From Gemmataceae bacterium (lineage in GTDB: Bacteria > Planctomycetota > Planctomycetia > Gemmatales > Gemmataceae): 64,000 nt of DNA. Every line of letters begins with the position of its first letter. The first letter of the stretch is position 1. Under the pieces are notes generated by a model that had not been told where the DNA came from, searched no databases, and saw only the letters and a list, made by a program, of their open reading frames with translations. The stretch is taken from the NCBI GenBank assembly GCA_009692065.1, contig SHZY01000008.1:10937-74936 (forward strand), in the 5' to 3' direction. This document shows, in pieces, positions 56,331-64,000 of the stretch. A program made the position numbers and the translations under genes.

Positions 56331-57242
56331 TCAGAAATACCCTTCCTGCTTCTTCTTCTCCATTGACGCCGCCGCATCGTGGTCGATGACGCGCCCTTGC
56401 CGTTCCGACGTCTTCGTCAGCAACATCTCCTGAATGATGGCAGGCAACGTGTCGGCTTCGCTTTCGATGGCGCCAGTCAAGGGATAGCAACCGAGCGTGC
56501 GGAAGCGGACTTTCTTCAGCATCGGCTTCTCGCCGGGGCGGAGCGGCATGCGCTCGTCATCGACCATGATCAGCGTGCCGTCGCGGTCCACCACGGGCCG
56601 TTCCTTGGCATAGTAGAGCGGCACAATCGGGATCTTTTGCAGGTGGATGTATTGCCAGGTGTCGAGTTCGGTCCAGTTCGACAGCGGGAAGACGCGCAAG
56701 CATTCGCCCTTGCGATGGCGCGTGTTATAGAGCCGCCACAATTCGGGCCGCTGCTGTTTCGGGTCCCAGCGGTGCTGTTCCGAGCGAAACGAAAAGATGC
56801 GCTCCTTGGCCCGGCTTTTCTCCTCGTCGCGGCGCGCGCCGCCGAAGGCTGCATCGAAGCGATATTTGTCAAGCGCTTGCCGCAGCGCCTGGGTCTTCAT
56901 GACATCGGTATGCACCGCCGACCCATGCGTGAACGGATTGATGCCGGCCGCAAGCCCCTCGGGGTTGGTGTAGGTCAAGAGTTCCAAGCCGAGCGAATTC
57001 ACCATCTTCGCGCGAAAGGCGTACATATCCTGGAATTTCCAGGTAGTATCGATGTGCATCAGCGGAAAGGGGGGCTTCGACGGGTAGAAAGCCTTCATGG
57101 CCAGATGCAGCATCACGGCGCTGTCCTTGCCGATCGAATACAGCATCACGGGATTTTCACATTCCGCGACCACCTCGCGCAGGATGTGGATGCTTTCGGC
57201 CTCCAGCCGATCGAGATGCGTCAACGTCGTCATGAGGTTCAT
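56331..57242 (-). CDS. cysD: Sulfate adenylyltransferase subunit 2
   Basis: PAPS-reductase-fold N-terminus [15 protein letters not shown]. CysD-typical blocks [15 protein letters not shown] and [13 protein letters not shown]. Confidence 0.95.
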   Translation of the reverse strand: MNLMTTLTHLDRLEAESIHILREVVAECENPVMLYSIGKDSAVMLHLAMKAFYPSKPPFPLMHIDTTWKFQDMYAFRAKMVNSLGLELLTYTNPEGLAAGINPFTHGSAVHTDVMKTQALRQALDKYRFDAAFGGARRDEEKSRAKERIFSFRSEQHRWDPKQQRPELWRLYNTRHRKGECLRVFPLSNWTELDTWQYIHLQKIPIVPLYYAKERPVVDRDGTLIMVDDERMPLRPGEKPMLKKVRFRTLGCYPLTGAIESEADTLPAIIQEMLLTKTSERQGRVIDHDAAASMEKKKQEGYF

Positions 57243-57282
57243 TGTATCGGCTAGGATTCATGGGCAAGGCCGAACGATAGCC

Positions 57283-57310
57283 GCCCCTCTCCCCCGAAGG
57301 GGAGAGGGGC
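57283..57310. repeat. Hairpin GCCCCTCTCCCC-CGAA-GGGGAGAGGGGC
   Basis: Perfect 12-bp stem in the divergent cysD/redoxin intergenic region. Confidence 0.7.
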
Positions 57311-57388
57311 GAAGAATCCGCGAAACCGCGGCTCAGTTTTCCTGGTATAATTGCCGTAGATCTCCGCAACGTAATCGAGGACCGCTCC

Positions 57389-59107
57389 ATGCAACGTCTC
57401 GCGCTCATTGCCGCCCTGTTGATTCCGACAACGCTCCACGCCAGTCCGACGGTCGTCAAATTCAAGCTGAATGCAATCGACGGCAAGGCATGGTCGCTTG
57501 ACGACTGCAAGGACAAGAAAGCCGTCGTCGTCGTGTTCATCGGCACGCAATGTCCGGTGAACAACGCGTACATGCCTCGGCTCGTCGAGTTGGTGAAAGC
57601 GTACGGCGACAAAGGGGTGCAGTTCGTCGCCATCAATGCCAACGAGCACGACACATTGGACGCGATCAAGGCCCACGCGAAGAAATTCGGCCTGACGTTT
57701 CCGGTCCTGCGTGACGAAATGCAATTGGTCGCCAATCGCTTCGGAGCTGCCCGGCATCCGATCGCATTTCTGCTCGACGACAAGCATGCCATCCGTTACG
57801 AGGGGCGCATCGACGATCAGTACGGCATCGGCTACGACCGCGCCAAACCGACGCGGCGCGATCTGGCCGACGCACTCGACGAGGTGCTGGCAGGCAAGGA
57901 AGTGTCGAACAAAAAGACGGCGGCCGAGGGATGCTTCATCACCAAGCTGCCGACGGCAAAACCCACCAAGGCCGATGTCACTTACACGAAGGACATTTCG
58001 CGCATCCTGCAAAAAAACTGCCAGGAATGCCATCGCCCCGGCCAGATCGGGCCGATGCCGCTCTTGAGCTATGACGATGCGTCGGCCTGGTCGCAGATGA
58101 TCCACGAGGTCGTGTCGGATGGCCGCATGCCGCCCTGGCATGCCGATCCGAAGCATAGCAAGTTCAAGAACAATCGCCGGCTCTTGGATGACGAGCGGAA
58201 GAAACTGACAACGTGGATCGATGCCGGCTGTCCCGAGGGAAACGTCGCCGATTTGCCGCCGGCGAAGAAATTCTCCGATGGCTGGACCATCGGCAAGCCT
58301 GATGCCATCTTCACGTTCAAGGACGCAATCCATGTGCCCGCCAAGGCGACGCGCAACAGCATCCCCTACAAGTACGTTCTCGTGAAAACCAATTTCGACG
58401 AGGACAAGTGGATCCAGGCCGTCGAAGCTCGACCCGGAAATTACGCCGTAGTCCACCACATCATCGTGTACATGGCCAAGGGGACTCAACGTGAAAAAAG
58501 CCCCGGCGACGGCATCGGTAGCGGGCTCCTCGTTGCGTACGCGCCGGGCGACCTCGGCTCCGTCTTCGCCACCGGCGCCGCCAAGAAACTGCCCAAAGGC
58601 GCCACGCTCGCCTTCCAGATGCACTACACGCCGGTCGGCACCGAGCAGACCGACAAGTCTTCCCTCGGCCTCGTTTTTGCGAAGGAATCGCCCGCCGACG
58701 AAATCAAGACCCGCGCCATCGCCCAGCAATCCTTCTTGATCCCGGCCAACGCCGGCAATCACAAGGTCACGAGCAAGACGACTTTCGACAAGGACGTCAT
58801 CCTGTACAGCATGTTCCCGCACATGCACCTGCGCGGCAAGGACTTCCAGTTTGACGTCGTCTATCCCAATAACAAACGTGAAACGCTGCTCTCGGTGCCA
58901 CGCTACGATTTCGGTTGGCAGTCGAACTACCTCCTGGAGAAGCCATTGCGTCTGCCCGCGGGTACACGGATCGAGTGCACGGCTCACTTCGATAACTCGA
59001 CGAAGAACCCGAACAATCCGAATCCCAACACGTTCGTCTTCTGGGGTGAACAAACCTGGAACGAGATGATGATCGGGTTCGTTGATTATGCGCATGTAAA
59101 GAAGTAG
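57389..59107 (+). CDS. Secreted three-module fusion: thioredoxin-fold (AhpC/TSA-redoxin) + c-type heme motif + PHM/DBH-like copper monooxygenase-like domain
   Basis: Signal peptide. Redoxin block VVVFIGTQCPVNNAY and heme motif CQECHRPG. The His/Met ligand pattern is HHIIVY ... MHYTPVG ... FPHMHLRG ... NEMMIGF. Confidence 0.7.
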   Translation: MQRLALIAALLIPTTLHASPTVVKFKLNAIDGKAWSLDDCKDKKAVVVVFIGTQCPVNNAYMPRLVELVKAYGDKGVQFVAINANEHDTLDAIKAHAKKFGLTFPVLRDEMQLVANRFGAARHPIAFLLDDKHAIRYEGRIDDQYGIGYDRAKPTRRDLADALDEVLAGKEVSNKKTAAEGCFITKLPTAKPTKADVTYTKDISRILQKNCQECHRPGQIGPMPLLSYDDASAWSQMIHEVVSDGRMPPWHADPKHSKFKNNRRLLDDERKKLTTWIDAGCPEGNVADLPPAKKFSDGWTIGKPDAIFTFKDAIHVPAKATRNSIPYKYVLVKTNFDEDKWIQAVEARPGNYAVVHHIIVYMAKGTQREKSPGDGIGSGLLVAYAPGDLGSVFATGAAKKLPKGATLAFQMHYTPVGTEQTDKSSLGLVFAKESPADEIKTRAIAQQSFLIPANAGNHKVTSKTTFDKDVILYSMFPHMHLRGKDFQFDVVYPNNKRETLLSVPRYDFGWQSNYLLEKPLRLPAGTRIECTAHFDNSTKNPNNPNPNTFVFWGEQTWNEMMIGFVDYAHVKK

Positions 59108-59113
59108 TCCAAT

Positions 59114-59170
59114 CTTCGTTTAGGGCCCGCAATGAAGATTCCGCGGCTTCGCAGCGGGCGCTAAACGAAG
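59114..59170. repeat. REP-like hairpin CTTCGTTTAGGGCCCGC ... GCGGGCGCTAAACGAAG (long loop)
   Basis: Lies 7 nt after the upstream stop. Confidence 0.7.
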
Positions 59171-59249
59171 AGCGGCCCGTTCCATGTCCTCGGCGCCCAT
59201 CATATAATACTCAAATCGGATTGAACCCCTTCCCGGGCGGAACCCACGC

Positions 59250-60542
59250 ATGAAAGTCCTTGTCATCGGCAAAGGCGGCCGCGAGCACGCCCTGGTCTGG
59301 AAGCTGGCGCAGTCGCCGCGCGTCGAGCAGGTCTTCTGCGCCCCGGGCAACGCCGGCACCGCGCTCGACGGCGTCAACGTGCCGATCGACGTCAACGATT
59401 TCGTCTATCTTCTCCGCTTCGCCAAGAAGGAAAACATCGGCCTCACCGTCGTCGGCCCCGAGGACCCGCTTGCCAACGGCATCGTCGATGCCTTCCAAGC
59501 GGAGGGCCTGCGCATCTTCGGCCCGTCGAAAGCCGCGGCACAGATCGAGGCCAGCAAGGTCTACTCGAAAAAGCTGATGCGCCACGCCGACGTGCCGACG
59601 GCCGAGTTTCGTGTCTTCGATCACCCCGAACCCGCCCGCAAATACATCGAGACGCGCGAGTATCCCGTCGTCGTCAAGGCGGATGGCCTCGCCGCGGGTA
59701 AGGGCGTTATCGTTTGCACCACCACGGAGGAAGCCATCGCCGCCGTCAACACCATCATGGTGCGCGAGGAGTTCGGCCGAGCCGCGGGCAGACAGGTCGT
59801 CGTCGAGAAACGGGTTGAAGGCGAGGAGTTGAGCGTGATGGCCCTCGTCGCCGGCCGCACCATCATCTCGCTGGCTCCATCGCAAGATCACAAACGTGCC
59901 TTCGACGGCGACACCGGCCCCAACACCGGCGGCATGGGCGCGTACTCCCCTGCCCCCTTGGGCACGCATGAATTGATGAGCGAGATCGAGACCAACGCGC
60001 TGATCCCCACGGTCCACGCCATGAAGCGCGCACGCACGCCGTTCCGCGGCATCCTCTACGCCGGCGTCATCGTCACCAATCAGGGGACGCGCATCCTCGA
60101 ATACAACTGCCGACTCGGCGATCCGGAAACGCAGCCCGTCTTGATGCGCCTCAAGACCGACCTGTGCGAGTTGCTCGAAGCCGTCGTCGATGATCGGCTC
60201 GGCGACTTTTCAGAAGACCGCCTGGAGTGGGACCCTCGCCCCGCCGTCTGCGTCGTCATCGCCAGCGGCGGCTATCCCGGCCCCTTCACCACGGGCAAGA
60301 TGATTCAGGGCCTCGACGAAGCCGCCCTGGTCCCCGACGTCAAGGTTTTCCACGCTGGCACCAAGCTCGAACCAGGCGGCATGGTCGTCACCGACGGCGG
60401 CCGCGTGTTGGGCGTGACGGCACTGGGCGATACCCTGGCAATGGCGAAAGCTCGCGCGTATGAGGCCGTCGCCAAGATCAGCTTTCCGGGGGCGTTTTAT
60501 CGCAAGGATATTGCGGACAAGGCGCTGGGGAAGGGGATTTAG
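59250..60542 (+). CDS. purD: Phosphoribosylamine--glycine ligase
   Basis: MKVLVIGKGGREHALVWKL, ATP-grasp core VVVKADGLAAGKGV, and EYNCRLGDPETQ. Confidence 0.95.
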   Translation: MKVLVIGKGGREHALVWKLAQSPRVEQVFCAPGNAGTALDGVNVPIDVNDFVYLLRFAKKENIGLTVVGPEDPLANGIVDAFQAEGLRIFGPSKAAAQIEASKVYSKKLMRHADVPTAEFRVFDHPEPARKYIETREYPVVVKADGLAAGKGVIVCTTTEEAIAAVNTIMVREEFGRAAGRQVVVEKRVEGEELSVMALVAGRTIISLAPSQDHKRAFDGDTGPNTGGMGAYSPAPLGTHELMSEIETNALIPTVHAMKRARTPFRGILYAGVIVTNQGTRILEYNCRLGDPETQPVLMRLKTDLCELLEAVVDDRLGDFSEDRLEWDPRPAVCVVIASGGYPGPFTTGKMIQGLDEAALVPDVKVFHAGTKLEPGGMVVTDGGRVLGVTALGDTLAMAKARAYEAVAKISFPGAFYRKDIADKALGKGI

Positions 60543-60609
60543 AAACGCACGGAAAATAGCTTCCCGTGTAGCCGCTCGCCTTTGGCGAGTTGGTCCCCTG
60601 GCTGGTAAT

Positions 60610-61833
60610 TCACTCAATCGTCCACAACGTTAGCGAACCTCCCTTGTCCTTCACGTAGATCCGTTGGCCGGCGATGATGGGGACGCACCACGTTTCGGAT
60701 TCGGAGACGCGATATTTCGCCACTTCCTCGTAGGCCTTGGCGCTGGGCCGAAAGACGATCAGATCCTTGTCGGCGTTGAGCGAGAGGAGGACCGAGCCGG
60801 CGTTAAGGATCGAACCGCACTGGCCGTGGTTGACCTTGTCGGCCCAGAGTTGCTTGCCGGCCTTGGCGTCGAGGCAGAAAAAGCTCTTGCCGGCGCTTGA
60901 GACACCGTAGATGCGGCCATCGACAAGGATGGGGGTGTGATAACCGGCGGCGGGGTCGGCTTTCCAAATCTCTTTGGCGGTGAACGCATCCCCCTTCTTG
61001 GCGATCTCCAGGGCGATAAACCCGGAGGCGGCGCCGGCTCCGCCTTTGCCAAACTTGCCCGCGGGGGTGATGGAGTAGTACACCCTGTTGCCATCGACGA
61101 TCGGCGTGCTGTAGTTGTTCTGCCAGGCGGTGCCGATCTTGACATCCCAGAGCACCTTGCCGATCTTGACATCGACGCCGACGAGAGCGTCGGCACAGGG
61201 GGTGACGATCTGCTTGACGCCGTCGGCGGTCATGAAGACGGGAGAGCCGTAGCCGGCCTTGACGCTGCTGCTGGTCCACTTGGGTTTGCCGTCGGCGAGA
61301 TCGAATGCGGTGAGGGCGCCGGCGAGGACGAAGCATAGGCCGTCGGCGATGATCGGCGAGGTGGAGGTGTGGAACTGGGGGAAGCCCTTGTCTTGCCGCC
61401 AGAGTTCCTTGCCTTTTGCGGCGTCGCGGCAGATAACGAGGCCGTTGACGCCGAGCGTGCAGATCTTGCCGTCGCTGACAGCCGGAGTGCTGCGTGGCCC
61501 CGGGTAGCCGGCGTCGCCCCGCGCAGCAAACTTGGCGGCATCCTTTTCTTTCCAGACCTCCTTGCCGGTGGCGGCATCGAGGCACAGCGTGACCTCATCG
61601 GTCCCCTGCCGGCCAATGACGTAAAGCTTGTCGCCGACCAGGACTGGCGACGCCTCGCCGACTCCGACGATGACCTGCCACTTTTTCGTCAATGCCTTGG
61701 GCCAGGTCTTGGGCTCGCTGAAGCCGACGACCTTGTTGTCGCGGTTCGGGCCGCGCCATTGGGGCCAATCCTGGGCGCTGACATGGGCGGCACCGAACAG
61801 CAGTGTGTTGGTTACCAAATTCGTCAGTCTCAT
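60610..61833 (-). CDS. Secreted PQQ-like beta-propeller repeat protein
   Basis: Signal peptide followed by QDWPQWRGPNRDN. Repeated blades, e.g. DKLYVIGRQGTDEVTLCLDAATGK. Confidence 0.8.
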   Translation of the reverse strand: MRLTNLVTNTLLFGAAHVSAQDWPQWRGPNRDNKVVGFSEPKTWPKALTKKWQVIVGVGEASPVLVGDKLYVIGRQGTDEVTLCLDAATGKEVWKEKDAAKFAARGDAGYPGPRSTPAVSDGKICTLGVNGLVICRDAAKGKELWRQDKGFPQFHTSTSPIIADGLCFVLAGALTAFDLADGKPKWTSSSVKAGYGSPVFMTADGVKQIVTPCADALVGVDVKIGKVLWDVKIGTAWQNNYSTPIVDGNRVYYSITPAGKFGKGGAGAASGFIALEIAKKGDAFTAKEIWKADPAAGYHTPILVDGRIYGVSSAGKSFFCLDAKAGKQLWADKVNHGQCGSILNAGSVLLSLNADKDLIVFRPSAKAYEEVAKYRVSESETWCVPIIAGQRIYVKDKGGSLTLWTIE

Positions 61834-61851
61834 GGTTACTCCTTTATCGCA

Positions 61852-61900
61852 GCTTGCGGTTTAGCGTTCGCAAGGCGCCTCGCGAACGCTAAACGCAAGC
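61852..61900. repeat. REP-like hairpin, full form GCTTGCG-GTTTAGCGTTCGC-AAGGCGCCTC-GCGAACGCTAAAC-GCAAGC
   Basis: Lies 19 nt downstream of the 61919 stop on the minus strand. Confidence 0.85.
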
Positions 61901-61918
61901 GGCAAACAAAAACCCGCG

Positions 61919-63238
61919 CTACAATGTCCAGCCTTTGCGGTATTCGCGACGCAGATAGCGTTCCGCGTTCGCATTGCCGGTGACGCGTCCGGTGCGGCCA
62001 TCGTACGTCAGCTTGCCGCCGGCGCGGTAGGCGACGTTGCCGAGCAGCACCGTTTCGGCCAGCGCGCCCGAGTAGTCGAAGTTGCAAGTGGTCGCGCCGC
62101 CGGTGCGGATGGCTTGCAACCATTCACGGTGATGGCCAACGGAGCGGGCAATGGTTTGCTTGGGCCGTTCGAAGCCTTGAGGCTCTCGCAGGAATCGATG
62201 GGCTCCATAGTTGGCAAGCAGGCTGCCGTTCGCCCCCTCGAAGATGACGCCGGAGGAGTAGCCATCGTATGTCACCTTGCCCTCGATATCGGGGCCGTTG
62301 ACGCCGTGATACCACGTTAGATGGACCGGCGGTAGATTGCCGCGGGCGGGGTATTCGTAATCGACCTGCATCTTGTCAGGCATCTCGTTGTCGCCCTTGT
62401 AGGTGACTCTGCCGACCGCGGCCACTGTGGTCGGATGGCGCAGATTAAGAGCCCAGTGGGGCAGGTCCATGAAGTGGCACGCCATGTCGGCGAGGACGCC
62501 GCCGCCGAAGTCCCACCACCAGCGCCAATGAAAATGGACCGACGTGCTGTTGCCGGTGCGAAACGCCGGATAATTGCGTTCCGGCGCGGGCCCGAGCCAA
62601 AGTTCGTAGTTAAGCCCCTTCGGCACCGGCTCGCGTTCCTTGACGCGGAAGCCTGGCTGCACTTGGGTCGCACACCACACCTTGACGCGGCGGACGGCCC
62701 CGAGCGACCCGGCTTGAACGATCTCGACGACGCGGCGATAGTTGTCTCCGGCGTGAATCTGCGTTCCCATCTGCGTGACGACTTTCTCGCGCGCCGCCGT
62801 CTCCATCATCAGGCGGACTTCCTGAACTGAATGGGCGAGCGGCTTCTCGCAGTAAACGTGCTTGCGCGCCCGCATCGCTGCCAGGGCGGCGAAGGCATGA
62901 TGGTGGTCCGGCGTCGAGACCACGACTGCATGCAAATCCTTGTGCTCCACCAAGCGGCGATAGTCTTCGTAAAAGCGTGCATTCGGAAATCGCTGGCGCA
63001 CCGGCGCCGCCCGGCTGGCATCGACATCGCACAGGGCGACAACTTCGGCCAGATTCGTGTTGACGATCTCGCCGAGATTGCTGCCCCCCTTCCCCGACAC
63101 GCCGACGATGCCGATGCGGATGCGTTCGTTGGCGCCCGGCTGAATCTCCGCTGCGGCCGTCGGGTTAACGAAGAACGCGCCGGCGCCGACAGCAGCCGAC
63201 GCTTGCAGAAACTTCCGACGATGGATGCGGCGTGACAT
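61919..63238 (-). CDS. Tat-exported Gfo/Idh/MocA-family oxidoreductase
   Basis: MSRRIHRRKFLQASAAVGAGAFF is a twin-arginine signal. Rossmann motif IGIVGVSGKGGSN. Confidence 0.85.
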   Translation of the reverse strand: MSRRIHRRKFLQASAAVGAGAFFVNPTAAAEIQPGANERIRIGIVGVSGKGGSNLGEIVNTNLAEVVALCDVDASRAAPVRQRFPNARFYEDYRRLVEHKDLHAVVVSTPDHHHAFAALAAMRARKHVYCEKPLAHSVQEVRLMMETAAREKVVTQMGTQIHAGDNYRRVVEIVQAGSLGAVRRVKVWCATQVQPGFRVKEREPVPKGLNYELWLGPAPERNYPAFRTGNSTSVHFHWRWWWDFGGGVLADMACHFMDLPHWALNLRHPTTVAAVGRVTYKGDNEMPDKMQVDYEYPARGNLPPVHLTWYHGVNGPDIEGKVTYDGYSSGVIFEGANGSLLANYGAHRFLREPQGFERPKQTIARSVGHHREWLQAIRTGGATTCNFDYSGALAETVLLGNVAYRAGGKLTYDGRTGRVTGNANAERYLRREYRKGWTL

Positions 63239-63254
63239 GAAGTTCTCCTGTTAC

Positions 63255-63313
63255 CGTGGGATAGGATTCCAATCCTGTCTAGCAACGACAGGATTGGAAT
63301 CCTGTCCCACGGA
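63255..63313. repeat. Hairpin CCGTGGGATAGGATTCCAATCCTGTC ... GACAGGATTGGAATCCTGTCCCACGG
   Basis: Arms of about 25 bp (one bulge), just upstream of the oxidoreductase start. Confidence 0.7.
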
Positions 63314-63429
63314 ATGCGGGCATTATCGCAGAAACCCGCGGCAACGCAAGCAGATGTTCGGCTGAACCCAGGAACGCCAAAACGCGTCTTGTTCCTGACA
63401 CGCGATTTGACCAAAATGAAGTGAGACAT

Positions 63430-63468
63430 GCCCTCGTAGCTCAGATGGATAGAGCAGCGGATTTCTAA
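63430..63468 (+). pseudogene. 5-prime half of a tRNA-Arg(UCU) gene, ending inside the anticodon loop
   Basis: GCCCTCG-TA-GCTC-AGATGGATA-GAGC-A-GCGGA-TTTCTAA gives the acceptor 5-prime strand, a complete D-arm, the anticodon-stem 5-prime strand and a loop with TCT. The next bases are AAGAA instead of the required TCCGC. No T-arm or CGAGGGC acceptor strand occurs in the remaining 530 nt. Confidence 0.6.
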
Positions 63469-63484
63469 AAGAAAAAAAACCTAG

Positions 63485-63508
63485 AACCCTGAAAATCCAG
63501 GGTTTTTT
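63485..63508 (+). terminator. Rho-independent terminator AACCCTG-AAAATC-CAGGGTT + TTTT
   Basis: Direct reading, 17 nt after the tRNA fragment. Confidence 0.55.
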
Positions 63509-63674
63509 GCATTTCTGACACCCGATTCGCCCCTATCAAACCTTGCTTGCGGGTGTCAAACGGGTGTCAGCGTTACCGTCGAGGTGCTCGGCGTCGAGGT
63601 GCCTTCATGCCCGGATCATGCCGCGATGCCCTTGCCGTCGGCCTGGGGCTTCGCTGGGGGCGTTCGGCAGCTGT

Positions 63675-63974
63675 CTACTGGCCTTCGATGGCCTCCTCGC
63701 CTTCCGGTGTGAGCTTCACGTTGAACCACTTGGCACCCTCTTCGCGGCTCGTGACGACAAGTTCATCGCCGATCAGCGAATCCATGCAGCGAGTCCAGCG
63801 CATCCGCTCGGTGTCGTTGCCTTGGCAATCGAACCAGCGCGCGGCGGAGAATAGCGGGCCGTGCTCGATCTCGGCTTCCCATTCGGCCTGGGCCCAGTAG
63901 GAGGGGCTGATGTCGGCAAGCTCAAGGTGTCGCCGTTGGATTTCCACAAGTAACCGGCTCTTGTGCTCGCCCAT
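63675..63974 (-). CDS. Hypothetical protein (99 aa)
   Basis: Clean ORF with an acidic, Trp-rich sequence (YWAQAEWEAEIEHGPLFSAARWFDCQGND). No motif recognised. It lies beyond the broken tRNA. Confidence 0.4.
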   Translation of the reverse strand: MGEHKSRLLVEIQRRHLELADISPSYWAQAEWEAEIEHGPLFSAARWFDCQGNDTERMRWTRCMDSLIGDELVVTSREEGAKWFNVKLTPEGEEAIEGQ

Positions 63975-64000
63975 CGTCGCCGCGGTGCTCGGCAGCTTGC

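Noticed and set aside
57251-59095. 614-aa minus-strand ORF
   Set aside because: It is antisense to the redoxin/heme/copper-motif fusion gene, which has clear motifs. The composition is that of a shadow ORF.
63430-64000. The idea that the broken tRNA-Arg carries a group I intron in the anticodon loop
   Set aside because: No 3-prime exon (TCCGC stem, T-arm, CGAGGGC acceptor strand) appears in the remaining 530 nt. A terminator hairpin follows 17 nt after the break, and an opposite-strand ORF occupies the region. An intron larger than the remaining window cannot be excluded but is not supported.

Overview
High-GC bacterial chromosomal window, almost certainly Planctomycetota. That assignment is inference from hallmark families: a PSCyt/DUF1549/DUF1553 + DUF1501 gene pair, three PQQ-like beta-propellers with the DWPQWxGP motif, ThuA, a Tat-signal Gfo/Idh/MocA oxidoreductase and a MoxR-DUF58-BatA-VWA operon. 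I ran no database search and computed no GC values, so all composition remarks are by eye.

Most of the window is housekeeping or typical planctomycete content:
- carA, hisF, purD, zwf + pgl, and cysD/cysNC
- a ribose-type sugar ABC transporter
- feoA-feoA-feoB
- a DtxR-type regulator and an ECF sigma/anti-sigma pair
- gabD-like dehydrogenase and CoxM/CoxS-like subunits
- pilT plus a membrane-anchored GspE/PilB-like ATPase
- hicAB

The most unusual points:
1. The cysD-cysNC operon is split by a 1.45-kb co-oriented cassette. It holds a Uma2-type nuclease gene and a visibly AT-rich orphan gene.
2. Four small secreted paralogues form a tandem array. It is translationally coupled to a stand-alone receiver-like protein and preceded by an orphan P-II protein that lacks Tyr51.
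3. Several families of long intergenic hairpin repeats are very dense, placed within about 20 nt after stop codons. One is a 135-bp MITE-like element whose copies differ by compensatory stem changes.
4. A tRNA-Arg(UCU) gene is broken inside its anticodon loop near the window end.
5. Three tiny lipoproteins sit beside the ECF sigma pair, one carrying a 15-unit hexapeptide/18-bp repeat expansion.

Many long ORFs in the supplied track are antisense artefacts of high GC content. Several real genes have start codons downstream of the ORF-track start, because the ORF reads through an upstream hairpin repeat.
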